Below, in pieces: positions 12,118 through 25,629 of a stretch of DNA of 64,000 nucleotides. The position numbers and the translations under genes are program-made. The notes below the pieces were generated by a model that worked only from the letters and a program-made list of their open reading frames with translations, had not been told where the DNA came from and searched no databases. The DNA comes from Octopus bimaculoides (Eukaryota): positions 34,177,131 to 34,241,130 of the forward strand of contig NC_068997.1 in NCBI RefSeq assembly GCF_001194135.2, written 5' to 3'. Position 1 is the stretch's first letter. Each line of letters opens with the position of its first letter.

Positions 12118-12330
12118 AATAGTGAGCTGGCAGAATCGTTAGCACGCTGGACGAAATGCTTAAGTGGTGTTTTGACGGTCGCTACATTCTGAGTTCAAAT
12201 TCTGCCAAGGTCGATTTTGCCTTTCATCCTTTCGGAGTCGATGAATTAAGTACCAGTGAAACACTGGGGCCAATGATATCGACTAGTCCACTCACTGCAA
12301 ATTTCAGGCCCTGTGCCTATAATAGAAAGG
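12118..12330 (+). mobile_element. tRNA-derived SINE type A
   Basis: GTGAGCTGGCAGAATCGTTAGC...GAGTTCAAATTC...ATAGAAAGG followed by a (ATT)n tail; (TTA)n also lies upstream. Confidence 0.9.
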
Positions 12331-12360
12331 ATTATTATTATTATTATTATTATTATTATT

Positions 12361-12805
12361 GAGTGAAAGAGCCGTGCATGCTATCAAAGTGACACTGGGG
12401 TTAAATATACGAAGCTCAATATACTCATCATGACTATCCGTCTGATAAGGGTACACCAGACACATGCATCACAACCATAGTACACGACATGGGGATCTTA
12501 TAACAAGATAATCAGCGCATGACCTTGCAGGTGGAGCCCACTTACAATGTTCTTTAGGTCGAGTGGCCCATCCCGCTCAAAAAGCATCTGAATAAGGTTA
12601 GTTTTAAGGATGATGAATAAAACACTGAACTTTCCAGAGGTGAATAATTCAAACCCCAAAGAAATCTTCTCAACACATGGCTATGGTGCTCCCCCACCAC
12701 TTCTGCTTGGGATCAGAGATGTATATATTGTCAACCACCAGGGGACATGCTTAACTGGTTAAAGTGAAACAACTAACAAGCAAATCTGTGGTCGTGAACA
12801 GATTA
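12361..12805 (-). mobile_element. Non-coding ~550-bp TAA-tailed element, 3' portion
   Basis: Collinear with copies at 15495, 16254, 54941, 57410 and 57791. On the minus strand it ends CTTTCACTC(AAT)n. Confidence 0.85.
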
Positions 12806-14577
12806 TTTGTGTAGTCCACAAAACAGATTAGAATGTCTAGAAAAAAATTCCTAACATCGGGTTACAACAAGTAATCTTAGATTCCGAGAACCCTCCTAAG
12901 AATCTTAGCTGTCCCTAATAACACTGCTTTATGGATCTGTACTAAACTGAGTTTCATGTCTATTTCCTCTATCCATCTTTTCAAATCATTAGGGATAGTT
13001 CCTAATCCACCTGCAACTACTGGAATGTGTTTTGCCCGCATTTTCCATAGTCTGTAATTCAATGGCTAGGTCCTGGTACTACACTACTTTTCCATTACCT
13101 CTCATATTGAGTTTTTCATCATTTGGGATTGTAAAGTCAAATATCTACCACTTTCTATTCCCTTTATCGACCACTGCTAAATCATGCGTTGTAGCTTCTA
13201 TTACTCTGTGAGTCTGAATGTTAGAGTCCTGCAACATTTTATATTTCTTATCTTCTAATACTTTACTAGGTTCATATTCATACCATTTGTCAATATTGTC
13301 AAATCCTAACTTTCTACATAACTCCCAGTAGATTACTCTCCATAGGTTACCATATCTTTTCTTGTATTCCTTCTGTGCCAGCATGTTGCATTCACTTAAT
13401 ATAATGAGTAACACTTTCCTCTTTTGAGTTGGTTAACCTACATTGGGAATCTACTTGGATTTTGTCTATCTTGGCTTTTATCCAATTCGTCCGTAATGCT
13501 TGATCTTGTGCTGCTACTAACAAACATTTTGTCTCTCTTTTGAGCTTTCCATTCTGCAACGATGACCATGACTCTAGACTACTATTTGCTGCAACTATCT
13601 TTGGAAATTTACCATGCAAATCCTTCTCCTGCCAGTCAAATAAATTTTGTTCTTTTTTCTGGTTTTTAACTTTATTCATTGGTTTCCTTATGTCTTGCTG
13701 TGACTCTAGCAACTCTTAATAAACCTTCTTCACTATTACCTACATATAAGTCTATATCTACTCTAGCTGACTCCACGCAGTCTTCTACAGATATTAGCCC
13801 TCTTCCACCTTCCTTTTTGCTACTCTTGTTCTTGGGTGGAGTCCGCCATTCATATCGAATTCTTTACTAGTTCTTCTGTCTAGCTTTGCTAATTCAGTTT
13901 TTGTCTAATCTACAAAAGCTGCTGATTGTCTAAGTAATGATACTGACCAAGAATTTGCAGCCTTCATTAGATTCGGACCATTTAGCTTTTACTTCTGATG
14001 TACCTCTTCTCAATATTCGTTTTCATTTCTATAATTAATACTATATCAGATTATTATACTCCTAGATATTTATAACTCTCTCTTTCTTTCAATGATTCTA
14101 ATGTCTAGTCATCTGGTAATTGGATGCCTTCACTTTTGACTACCTGTCCCCTTTTTATGGCTAATATTGTACACGTATCTATGCCAAATTCCATACCTGT
14201 AACTTTGTTGAGTCTTACAGTCTGTATTAAGAAATCTATCTCTTTTTCATTCTTACTAAAATGTTTCATATTATCCATGTAGAGCAAATGGTTAATTTTT
14301 TCCTTTACTATTTCTGAATTGGTACCCTGTCTTTGCCTTCTTTAATACTAAACTGATGGAGATCAAACATAAGACAAATATTAAAGGGGATGACGAGTTT
14401 ACTTAGAAAATTCCTCTCTTGATATTAAATTTCCTTATGACTGTGTCACCTGAGTATAGATCTACTTCCCAATACTTTGCTAATTATTTTCTTATATTGT
14501 CTGCTATATTGAATATACTCAAACATTCACTTATCTATGAGTATGGGACTATGTCATAAGCTTTCTTATAATCTATC

Positions 14578-14580
<3 letters not shown>
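12806..14580 (-). mobile_element. Decayed 5'-truncated R4/Dong-like element, family B
   Basis: WIDYKKAYD at the 5' break; LLYMDNMK; QDQALRTNWIKAKID; KHIPVVAGGLG...LLGTAKILRRVLGI*. The 3' UTR matches 54700-54780. Confidence 0.85.
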
Positions 14581-14632
<52 letters not shown>

Positions 14633-15247
14633 GTTCAGTAGTTTTATTTTTATAACGTACTTTCACTTCACTACCGAGCGCAGCTCTGTGCGCCTTGGGT
14701 ATGTGCTGTGGTTTGCTGTGGTGCTCTTATGTTTACTGTATTGAAAGTGTTTTGCGTAGAATGTGTGCAGTACCCAGTAGTGCAATTTTCTGTATGTTAT
14801 ATATATTTGTAAGTCCTGGTGTTTTTGTTATGTATTTGTCTGAATATTTTTTTATTATACCTAAGGCACCTACTATGATAGGAATTGTTTCTGTTTTTAG
14901 ACTCCNNNNNNNNNNTGCTGTGGTTTGCTGTGGTGCTCTTATGTTTACTGTATTGAAAGTGTTTTGCGTAGAATGTGTGCAGTACCCAGTAGTGCAATTT
15001 TCTGTATGTTATATATATTTGTAAGTCCTGGTGTTTTTGTTATGTATTTGTCTGAATATTTTTTTATTATACCTAAGGCACCTACTATGATAGGAATTGT
15101 TTCTGTTTTTAGACTCCACATTCGAGTTATCTCTATTTCCAGGTCTTTGTATTTTGAAAGTTTTTCCATTTCTTTTAGAGAAACGTTGTCATCTGCTGGT
15201 ATTGATACATCAATTAGAAAGCATTTTTTTTCTTCATGATCTTTGAC
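14633..15247 (-). mobile_element. 3' end of R4/Dong-like family A (part repeated across a 10-N gap)
   Basis: KKCFLIDVSIPADDNVSLKEMEKLSKYKDLEIE...LLGTAHILRKTLSIQ*; the 3' UTR ends CTACTGAAC(AAT)n. Confidence 0.9.
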
Positions 15248-15270
15248 ATTATTATCATTATTATTATAAA

Positions 15271-15480
15271 GGCGGTGAGCTCGCAGAATCGTTAGCACGT
15301 TGGGCAAAATGCTTAGCGATGTTTCGCCCGCCTTTACGTTCTGAATTCAAATTCCGCTAAGGTCGACTTTGCCTTTCATCCTTTCGAGATCGATAAATTA
15401 AGTACCAGTGAAACACCGGAGTCGATGTAACTGACTATCCCCCCCACCCCAAATTTCAGGCATTGTACTTATAGTAGAAA
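15271..15480 (+). mobile_element. tRNA-derived SINE type A
   Basis: Head GGCGGTGAGCTCGCAGAATCG, B box GAATTCAAATTCC, tail ATAGTAGAAA-TAATAATTATT. Confidence 0.9.
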
Positions 15481-15494
15481 TAATAATTATTATT

Positions 15495-15801
15495 GAGTAA
15501 GAGAACAATATGGGTGGGATCCAATTAGTATTTTCTTCAAGTTTGGTAGCCCATCCCGCTCAAAAGGTGCCTGAATAAGGGTTGTTTAAGGATGTTCAAC
15601 GAAACAACAATGTTTCCAGAGGTGATTTATTCAAACCCCAAAGAATTCCTCTCAACACATGACTATGATTCTCCCTCACTACTTGTGCTCGTGACCAAAG
15701 ATGCACATATCGTCAGCCATTAAGGGACATACTCAACTGGTTAAGATCAAACAAGTGACAACCAAATCTGTGTTGTTGAACAGAATATTTGTTGTAGCCC
15801 A
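15495..15801 (-). mobile_element. Non-coding TAA-tailed element, internally deleted copy
   Basis: Blocks CCCATCCCGCTCAAAAGG, TTCAAACCCCAAAGAAT and CATATCGTCAGCCA are shared with the other copies. Confidence 0.8.
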
Positions 15802-16185
15802 GCCAATGTCAGTTGGATGCAAGGAGTGAGCTAAAGGACAGCACATACATTTGATCCCTATATGCAAGTTATTTGTGCAGGTCGTTCGGCAAAAGCTGAA
15901 TACTCATTCGTCGTCTTGGACGTAAGAGCTCCTCCTCCNNNNNNNNNNNNNNNNNNNNNNNNNNNNNNNNNNNNNNNNNNNNNNNNNNNNNNNNNNNNNN
16001 NNNNNNNNNNNNNNNNNNNNNNNNNNNNNNNNNNNNNNNNNNNNNNNNNNNNNNNNNNNNNNNNNNNNNNNNNNNNNNNNNNNNNNNNNNNNNNNNNNNN
16101 NNNNNNNNNNNNNNNNNNNNNNNNNNNNNNNNNNNNNNNNNNNNNNNNNNNNNNNNNNNNNNNNNNNNNNNNNNNNNNNNNNNNN

Positions 16186-16253
<68 letters not shown>

Positions 16254-16554
16254 GAGTGAAAAAGCCGTGCATGCCATCAAAGTGACACTGGCTAAAATAT
16301 ACGAAGCCCAGTGTACGCATCATGACTACCCGTCTAAGGGCACATCAGGCACATGCATCACAACCATATGCGCGCGACAAGGGGTTCTCATATCAAGATA
16401 AACAGCGCATTGCCTCGCAGGTGGGGCCCACTTACAGTTTTCTTCAGTTCGAGTGGCCCTCCCGCTCAAAAGGTTCCTCAATAAGGGTTGTTTAAGGATG
16501 TTGAACGGAACACTCATCTTTTCAGAGGTAAAATATTCAAACCCCAAAAATTCT
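16254..16554 (-). mobile_element. Non-coding TAA-tailed element, 3' 300 bp fused to an R4-like ORF
   Basis: Collinear with the other copies; adjoins (TTA)n at 16186-16253. Confidence 0.85.
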
Positions 16555-19344
16555 TTACAACAGTTTTTCGCTTTGCTCATGTTTTGTGGCTATTAGTATT
16601 AGTTTTCCTTGTTTCTGAAGTACGTATCTCTGTAATCCTATGCTGGATATTTTGAAATTATTTTCTAGCTGTATAAGGCGTCTACCACCTTCGATTCGTT
16701 GTATAGATAACTTTCCTATGTCAGATTTTGGGTGGTGCATCCTAAATCCTGTCATTTTTTTTCTTGTTATCCTGTCTATTTTGATTAGTTCATTTAGAAT
16801 CCAGTTAAGAATATTGTAACTTCTCACTGGGATGGCTAGAGTGCTGATACCTATTATCTTGTTTTTCACATTTAGTCCTGTTTTCAGTATTAATCTAAGT
16901 CATTTATAGTATTCTTTTCTTATCTTCTCTTTCATTTGTGTGAGTTGTATGGTATCTAGTTCATTGATTCCTAAGAATTTGTATGTCTGACTTTGGTCTA
17001 ATTCTCTTATTTCATTTGCTTTATTTAGTGTGAAGTTGCTACTCTTAACTAGTTTTCCTTTTCAAGATTACTTTGACACATTTTCGTAAGCCAAATTTCA
17101 TGTTAATTTCTTTAGTAAATCCATTTACTGTTCGTAGTAATGTTTCCAGCTGTTTATCATTTGAAGCGTAGAGTTTTAGATCATCCATATATAAGAGGTG
17201 GCTGATTGTTTCGCGGTAACAGTTGTATCCACATCCAGTTGTGTTTATCATGGCAGATACAGGTGTGAGTGCTAAGCAAAAAAGGAGTGGCGAGAGTGCT
17301 TCTCCTTGGAATATTCCTCTCCTAATGGGGATGACTCGTTTTCATGAGACCCTCTTTTGTCCGGAGCTGTACCACTGCCTGCCATTTATTCATGGAATGT
17401 TGTATATATTTTATGATTATTGGTGCTACCTTGTTCATGGCTAGTGTTTCTAGGATCCACATGTAGGGAAAACTATCAAAAGCCTTTCGGTAATCGATCC
17501 AGGTCATACATAGACCTTTCTTGTTTCTGCGGCTGTCTTCAGTTATGGCTTTATTAATCTGTAGCTGATTTTTATAGTCGTATGAGCCCTCGCTCTTCTG
17601 GAAGCAAGTTGTTTTCTTCTAGATGCTTGCTCAATCTCTGCGATATTATTGCCGTAAAGACTTCGTAAATTGTAGGGAGACAAGTTATTGGTCTGTAATT
17701 TTGTGGGTTTGCCGTTTCAGCGGATTTGGTAGTTAGGATAGTTTTCCCTTCCGTAAGCCATTCAGGCATTGTCTCTGGCTCTGCTAGTATTTCATTAAAT
17801 TTCTCAACCAGCTTTTTATGCGTTCCTGTCAGATATTTTAACCAGGCGTTTGGGATCTTGTCGTGCCCGGGTGCTTTCCAGTTGCTTAGTTTTTACACTG
17901 CCTGGTTGACCTCTTCAGTTGTTATAGGAGTTCAGAGTTGTTCAGGTTCTGTGTATGTTATTTTGATAGATCTTTTCTGAGGTTGTTTCTTCGCCGACCA
18001 TATTTCTTTCCAAAATTATTTCATCTATTCTGCTGCTGATGCTGCATTGGTCTCTATTTTATTTTTGCCAAGTTCTTCGTCGTATCTTTTGGGGTTATAG
18101 TTGAACTGTTTGTTTTGTTCAAAAAAACGTTGGCGTTTCTCATACCGGCGGATTCTTTGTGCTTTGGTGAGAATATCTTGCTTTAGCTGTTCTTTTACCT
18201 CACTTTTTCTTATTCTGTAATTTTGCTTTTACGTAGTGTTATTATTCTCTTCTTGTTGCTTAGTAGTGTTAATTGTCTATTAGCTTCATTAAGGATTGAC
18301 ACATCCTTTCTCTTTTTTCCTTTTTTTTTCTGAATATTATCTATCCACAGGGTTTGTTTGGGTGGTGATACTCCTGTTTGGATAGGTCTTAGGGGTTATC
18401 CAGCTTCTTTTGTGGCTACAGAGGCTGCTGTATATATTGTCATTTAGCCGGGTGATATTGGCATTTGTTTCTCTGGTTATTAGTTCTGTGACGGCCAAGT
18501 ACATGCTATTTATTATGGATGTTTTATTATCAATCACAATTTTTGGGAGGTACAATCGATGTTCCACACGGAGATCTGTGGCTTTCAATTCTTTGATTAT
18601 GCTCATTTTTAGAGTATCATAATCATTAGTTCCACCTTCACTGTTTCCAGGTTTTACATTTGTTTCGTATTCCGTCCTGTTCATATTTGTGTCTGTAGTG
18701 TTCTGGTTTGGTGCATTTTACTCATAATTATACATTCCTACGGTTTAGGTTTATTGTCTTTCGCTGTTTACTTCGTTTTTGTTGGACATGTTACGTCTGT
18801 CTTCGTGTTTTACAGTCCCAGTGCTTATAATATTATTTGGCATTGCTGTGTGGTTACTATCTACATTTTTCTGATGCATTTTTCTTTTTAAGTATTCTAT
18901 TTCTAATATTCTTTTCGTTTTGAGAATATATCTCCGTATGTCAGTTAATTTATTAGGGTTCATTGATGTACCTAAATCTATTTTTGTTCCAGATTTTATA
19001 TGTACATGTGTTTTCGTTCTGTGGGTAGAGCACTGCTGTAAAATAAACATGTAGGATTGAAATATATTCCTCACGTGTCCATTTATGCTTTTTTGATTTT
19101 ATTTGCAGGACATGAAAAATAACGCCGGGCCCTTTATTTTGATTGCCATCATTTTCGTAGGGTACCGGTCCGTTCATTTCTGGTATTAAATGGTTTTGCA
19201 GGTATAGTTTTTCGTTCTTTTTGTATAGCAAGTTTAAACTGCGTACTTTCCATTTCTTATCCAGGTATGTTTTAATTTATTTTTCATTTGCTTGTGCATG
19301 GTGTTTGGGGACGGAGATGGTCTGATGTTGGTTGGATCGTAATA

Positions 19345-19635
19345 TGGCAAGCGTGTTTACACGTGTTGTGCGAGTGATGGAGATGACACACGGTTAAAAT
19401 TTCATTTGGAATATAGAAATAAATTTTAATGAGTATTACTTACTCGGATATAGTCCAACACTCTTAATGAGTATTTCTTACTCGAGTATAGTCCAACACT
19501 TCATCAGAGTGGCGAGCGTGTTTACACGTGTTGTGCAAGTGACGGAGATGATACACAGTTAAAATACATCGTTCATTCGAAAAATAGAAATAAATTTCAA
19601 TGAGTATGACTTACTTGGATATAGTCCAACACTTT
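19345..19635. repeat. ~165-bp tandem duplication containing three copies of a 35-bp unit
   Basis: GCGTGTTTACACGTGTTGTGC occurs at 19351 and 19516. AATGAGTA..CTTACT..ATAGTCCAACACT occurs at 19428, 19466 and 19599. Confidence 0.9.
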
Positions 19636-19719
19636 ACCAGTTATTTTAAGTTGCATTTGTTGTCTTTATTCCCGATGTTTTTAGATAGATTTCGGAGCAG
19701 TGTTTTATCGCTCTCACAT

Positions 19720-19821
19720 GTTAAACGTCCTCGCACTCTCTTATTGATTAAACACGCCTGAGCTCTCTTATTCGTTAAACGTCCCTGAGCTCTCCTATTT
19801 GTTAAATATCCCTTAGTTCTC

Positions 19822-19826
<5 letters not shown>
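19720..19826. repeat. 27-bp tandem repeat x4 at the element's 5' terminus
   Basis: Units start at 19720, 19747, 19774 and 19801; consensus GTTAAACGTCCCTGAGCTCTCTTATTN. Confidence 0.9.
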
Positions 19827-19871
<45 letters not shown>

Positions 19872-21495
19872 GTATGACAACTCTCAGCTTATTTTGCTGG
19901 GTATAATGGAAAATGTCAGCTATTTACGTCCAGCAGGCTAAGGTGAAACCTGTTTACTGATCATACTTCAAGAATCCTGCGAAAAATTCTTGCAGTTCCA
20001 AGCAATGCTGATTTTTGTAAGTTTTCTATCTTTACATTTGTACCAATTTTTTTTTTTATTCATGTTGGTCGTTGAGTACTGATACTTCCAAGTGCGCTAA
20101 TTGCTATTGGTATCACGGCTACTCCCCTCAGTGACCACAACCTTCGCATTTCCCACTTCAAATCATCATAGTTGTTCAGCTTTCTCTCTCTTTGATCCCG
20201 TTTTGACCGGGATATGCTATGTCGATTATTCACTACAACAATGTCCGGCTTCCAATGTCTGGTCAGGTGATCATTTATATATATTGCATTCCACAGGATT
20301 TTGCAATCTTCATTCTCAGTAACTCCATCTCGGGTTTGCTCATACCACGTTTTTGCTCTTTGTAAGCTGTGATTTCCACAGAGTTCCCAATGGACCATTC
20401 TTGTCACATTGTCATGTTGTCTTTTGTAATCGCGTTGTGCCAATTTCAGGCATTAGCTAAGCATGTGCCATACAGTTTCACGCCTCTCACAGCACTTTCT
20501 ATGGTTGTCGCTCTCGGTAGTGTTGTCGATTCTGCACTTCACATAGTTAGTCCTTAATGCTTGTTCTTGTGCGTGCATATAAGCGTTTTTGTCTCTCTCA
20601 TCAGGTCATTTCTCCTCATCAATACCCACCGATCTTCTGTATCTGTTTTGGTGTTTGCATCTCTTGAAAACTGACCGTATATGTTTTTCTTCCATTCAGT
20701 TTCTTTTTTTGTGTGCTCTTTTCCTCTTTAAGTTTTCTTTCTTAACACAATTATTAATTTGATGACGCCGGACTTCTTCACATGTTTCAACACTGGTTAT
20801 ATGGTATTTTTTATATACCGCACTACGCTGTTTTCCTTAGCTTCCAAACAATCCTGGTAACTGATCAAACCTCACCCACCCTTTCTTCTGGAGAAGAACA
20901 GCCTATCGGTGTCACTCTTAGAGTGCCCTGTTAATATTTTTCTTGTCTTCTTATCAATGTTCATCAATTCTTTCTTTTGCCAGTTTATGATTCCAGCTCC
21001 ATACTGAAGTGAGTCTATCACCCTTGTATTAATTGCTTGGATTTTATTCCATCCGGTCAATGTTGAGCGCAATACCAATCTTAGTCATCGGAAATATTCC
21101 ATCTTCAGTTGTTTTTTTTATTTCCTTCTCTATGATTTCGTTGAATTCTAGTATGCCAAGGTATTTGTAGCTTTCCTTTTCAACTCATATAATCAGTTCT
21201 CTATTAGGTTATCTACTAGGTTCTATTCCTGCTAGGGACTGAACATTGCTTGTTTTCAGGTACTTTGTACCACACTTCATGAGTCCGAATTCCATTCTAA
21301 TATCAACACTAAGACAGTAGACCGTGTTCACCAAAGAACTCACCTGAGCATCATCCTTATCATACAGCTTCAAATCATCCATGAAGAGGAGATGGCTGAT
21401 TGTTTGAGATTTCCCCTTTAGGTGATATTCCAGGATAATTTTCCTGAGTACCAAGGTCAGAAGGATAATGCAGAAAACAAAAAGCAACGGAGATA
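19872..21495 (-). mobile_element. 5'-truncated R4/Dong-like element, distinct family
   Basis: [16 protein letters not shown]; KIQAINT..YGAGII; YKRQHDNVTRMVHWELC; WKPDIVVV; LLGTARIFRRILEV*; a unique 3' UTR then (AAT)n. Confidence 0.9.
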
Positions 21496-21541
21496 ATCTA
21501 TTCGCATTATCATTATCACTATTATTATTATTATTATTATT

Positions 21542-24500
21542 GCCGTTGCACAGTTTCTAACGCTGGAGATGTACTACAGTGTCAGCTGTTCACTACCAGT
21601 GAGCTAAGGTATCACCTCTTATTTTTCGAGCACCTTCCGGAGTATTCGAGCGGTTCCAAGCAGTGCTGTTTTCTGCAAGTGCTCCACCCTTATTGCATCC
21701 CCTGTTTGTTCCACATACTTCTCGAGATTTTTGCTCACTGTTCCCAAGGCTCCGACAATTATTGGTGCTACTGCTACCTTTTTTTATCGACCACAACTGC
21801 TTAACTACCCAAGCTAACCTGTCATATCTCTCGACTTTTCTTTCTTCATTATCGCATACCTTGTTGTCAGCTCGGTATGCTATATCTATGATCCAGCATA
21901 GTTTGTTTTCTTTCTCAATTAAGACTATCTCTGGCTTCCTATTCTCTATCTCATGGTCGCACTGAATCACAAAATCCCATAGGATCTTTGCATTTCTATT
22001 TTCGACGATGCCTTCAGGTTTGTGGTCGTACCAAGTTTTTGCTCCATCAAGTCCATACTTGTTGCAAAGTGTCCAATGGACAATCCTGGCTATATTGTCG
22101 TGGCGTCTCTTATATTTCTTCTGGGCTAGTGGCGTACATTGACTGGTAATATGCTATACGGTTTCACCTTTTTGTCCACAGATTCTGCACTTATCACTTT
22201 CTGCTGTCTTGTCTATTCTGTATTTTATGTAGTTTGTTCTTAGTGCTTGCTCTTGGGCAGCACAGATTAGAGACTCCGTTTCCGGTTTTAAATCACTTTT
22301 AGTTATCGATAGCCATCTTTTCCTCTGTCTGTCTTATCTTCAACATCTCTATGAAATTGACCATGCATTCTTTTATTTACCCACCTATTTTCAGTTTCAT
22401 TCGGTTTCAATTTCTTGTATAGTGCTTTATCTTTGCAATCTTTCATCCTACACAAGCCTGACCTTCTTACTTCTAATAATAGTATTTCTGGCATTTTTTA
22501 CATACCATGCTATGCTATTTTCTTTTGCTGTAATGATGTGTTCGCATCCAATAAGTCCTCTTACCCATCTTTTTCATGGTACATACAGTCTGTCTGAGTC
22601 ACTTTTTTTTTGTCTTTCTGTCTAAGCTGTTTAGTTCGTCTACTGTCCATGCGATTATCCCTGCTCCATATCTAAGGAGTGAAACCACCCAGGTGTTGAT
22701 AGCCTCGATCCGTTTAATTTCGACTTAAGTATCAGTCTTAGTCAGCGCAAGTACTCCACCTTAAATTTTTTTATCATTTCTTTCTCCATCAGTTTATCCA
22801 TTTCCAAAATACCCAAGTACTTATAGCCCGTCTCTTCTATCTGTTTCATAACCTCCCTGACAGTATCGTTAGCCCGTCCATACATTTGATTTTACCTCTC
22901 TTCAACACACTACACTTTCTCAGTCCGAACTCCATTCTGATATCAGCACTGAAGGTATACATCGTATCAACGAGGGAACTGACTTGGGCTTCATCTTTAC
23001 CATAAAGTTTGAGGTCATCCATGAATAACAACTGGTTGACTTTTGTTGGTGGCTTTTGAATACATACCCAGCTTTTGCTTTCCTTAGAATCAGTGTTAGT
23101 GGTATCAAGCACAAAGATTAGTGGGGACAGGCAGTCTCCTTGGAAGATGCTCCTCCTAATTTCTATTGTCCCTAAACTTCTTCCGTATGTTGTCAGGTCC
23201 GTCCTCCAATTCGCCATACTTTTTCCAAGCAATCGCTCAACATTCGATGCAATACCAAATAGGTTCATACACTCCATAATCCAAGAATGTGGGATCATCT
23301 CATACGCGTTACGATAGTCGATCCATAACATGGCTAAGTTACTTTTCCTCCTCTTGCAGTCTCTGAGTACAGTTTTATCTATTAGGAGTTGATCTTTGGT
23401 ACCTCTGCACTTAAGCTTGCAACCCTTCTGCTCATGTTGCAGGGCTCCATTTTTTCCAGATGTTCGTATATTGATTCTGCGAGTATTCCAGTCAATAACT
23501 TCCACATAAGTGGCAAACAGGATATCGGCCTGTCATTGTCTACCGTATTGTCTCTTTCGATGTTTTTCATGCACAACACTGTCCTATCCAATGTCAACCA
23601 CTCTGGTGTTACTTGGTTAGCATTTAAGAAGGTGTTGCCTTGTGCAGCTATTCGTGCATGACATTCGCCAAATCTTTTGATCCAGTAGCCTTGAATTCCA
23701 TCTGTTCCTGGGGCTTTCCAGTTGCTCATTTATTTTGCTGATTTCCTTCACTTCCTTAACAGAAATGACTAGTTCTGCTTGTTTTGGACAGACTACTGTT
23801 TGTTTCAGATCTTGCAACCATTCAGCATCCTTCTTGTGCTCCTTGTCTTTGCTCCAGATGTCACTCCCAAACCTTTGACTTTTAATGTTATCTGGTATCA
23901 ACTTTTCATCTGTAGACTCCATTTATTTCTTTATAGAATCTCTTCTGATCTTCTCTGAATAACCTATTCTGGTTGTAACCCTTCATTCTTTGGTCGTATC
24001 TTACCATCTTTGCTTTTTTTGCAACGAGGCGCTGTTTTAGTTCCTCTATTACTACTTTCAGGCTCTTTCTTTCAATATTATTCTTCTTTTCAGCGCCGTG
24101 TATTTTTGTTCGCTTTTAAGCTCCCCTTTCTCTTTTCGGTCTAGCACAGAAATTTCCTTCGAGAGCATGTCTAACCCTGCCTGCATTCTTCTTTTTCACC
24201 ATGGATCTTTTCTTTTGTCACTCCCATTATGTTTCTTTTTCTTGACATCAGCACCCACATTTTCTGCTCCAACAATACTTGCTGCCTTGATCAAATTATT
24301 TGTTTCTCTGATGTTGTTTGTTCTGATGTATTTCAGAATTTCATTGACATTTTTCGTTTCTTGGTTCAATTTCCATCGATCAACCTTTTTAAGGTTGCAA
24401 ATAATGTCGCTATCGTTCTCCTTACCTTTATTCTGTCGTGGATTGCCTTTTGTTCATCTGTCATCTCGCTATTAGTTTTAGTGTCTTCTTTTAGATCATC

Positions 24501-24990
24501 TACATATCTCTCATCAAGTAAACTACCACTACTCCTTCCCTGTGCTATGAGATTACTCTTATTAGTAAGAACTGTATTCTCATTGTTATCTCTGCTGCTA
24601 TTTTCCATGACCCGTCTTTTGATAGCTTCGAGCTCTACTTCTGTGGACCAACAATTTTTCTTATTGCTCTAGCTTGATCACATAGTCTCTGTTCCGTGAG
24701 TTGAAACAATCCCTTTTCTCTTCAATGATCAGACATACGTTGTCTGTAACCCCTAATTTGAACATCATCTTCATCTACCGGGCTGCTCAGGTAGTAACAC
24801 TCCATGACCACAGCATTCATTTGTTTGCTCCATCTACGCCGTGTGTGGTGGTCCCTTTCTAGATATCGACAGGCTGGAGCCGGACCAGAATCTGTGAGCC
24901 TGCCGCGTGGAACACTGTCACCATCATTGGCTTTAGTTTCATTACCACCGTTATTCATAATATTTTGTTTTATTTTATTGTTACTCATAT
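21542..24990 (-). mobile_element. Near full-length, frameshifted R4/Dong-like element
   Basis: RRRWSKQMNAVVMECYY..RGYRQRM (N-terminus); MSNWKAPGTDGIQGYWIK; [19 protein letters not shown]; [12 protein letters not shown]; [10 protein letters not shown]; RKPEIVLIEK..IIDIA (RLE); the 3' UTR ends GCAACGGC(AAT)n. Confidence 0.92.
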
Positions 24991-25629
24991 GAGGTAGCGA
25001 TCATCAGGTTGTGCAATTACCAGTGTTTTATTGTGACATCATCACTAGATGTATTATTAATCAGCCCGTGAGGAGGCTCCACTCGTTTCCTTTCATTATT
25101 ATTATCATCACTGATATCACTGATATTATTGTTTTTATATGTAGTAGCATCAGTGGTTGCAGCGACAGCAACAGTAGCAGGGGTGGGGTAGTGGTAAGGG
25201 TGGTAGTTAGGCCTCAGATTCCTGTGCTGTCATAATAGTAGTAGTTGTAATATTATTGTAGTATTAGTAGTATTTATTATCAGCAGCTGCAGCATATTAT
25301 TATTACTTTTATTTTTATCATTATCACCATCACCGATAGTTGGGTAGTAGTTTGGTGAATAGATCATAATCATAAATAGATTCGGCAGATGGTGGAGAAG
25401 TCAGCCATAGAGACAAAAGAATCTTCGCACTCTTTGGGTCAGCAGAGGTCAAATGTGTTTACTACTACCAGTGGCCGCTGAGAGCGGTGCCTTGAAAAGA
25501 AGCAATTCAACCTTTTCTATTTGTAATTACTGGTAGAAAAAAACAATAATAATGATAATACACATACACACACACATATATATACTGATATTCACGTCGT
25601 TGAAATTTTGAATTTCTGAATTCATTTGT

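Larger units (their letters stand above)
16555..19826 (-). mobile_element. R4/Dong-like family A copy retaining its 5' end, lacking CCHC/RLE and its own 3' UTR
   Basis: KHKWTREEYISIL (N-terminal motif), MPEWLTEGKTIL..NYRPITCLPT, MTWIDYRKAFDS, HLLYMDDLKLY; homologous to 51084-53000. The upstream non-coding region carries tandem repeats and ends in (TTA)n at 19822-19871. Confidence 0.9.

Noticed and set aside
14695-15130. Apparent tandem duplication of a family A 3' end
   Set aside because: The two copies are essentially identical and are separated by a 10-N gap, so this is most likely a contig-overlap artefact.
19460-19515. Minus-strand CTGATGA...GAAA arrangement in the family A 5' region
   Set aside because: Stem II has no closing pair and stem I does not form; treated as part of the tandem repeat.
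19720-19826. 27-bp repeats as a CRISPR-like array
   Set aside because: The units are contiguous with no unique spacers, in eukaryotic retroelement context.
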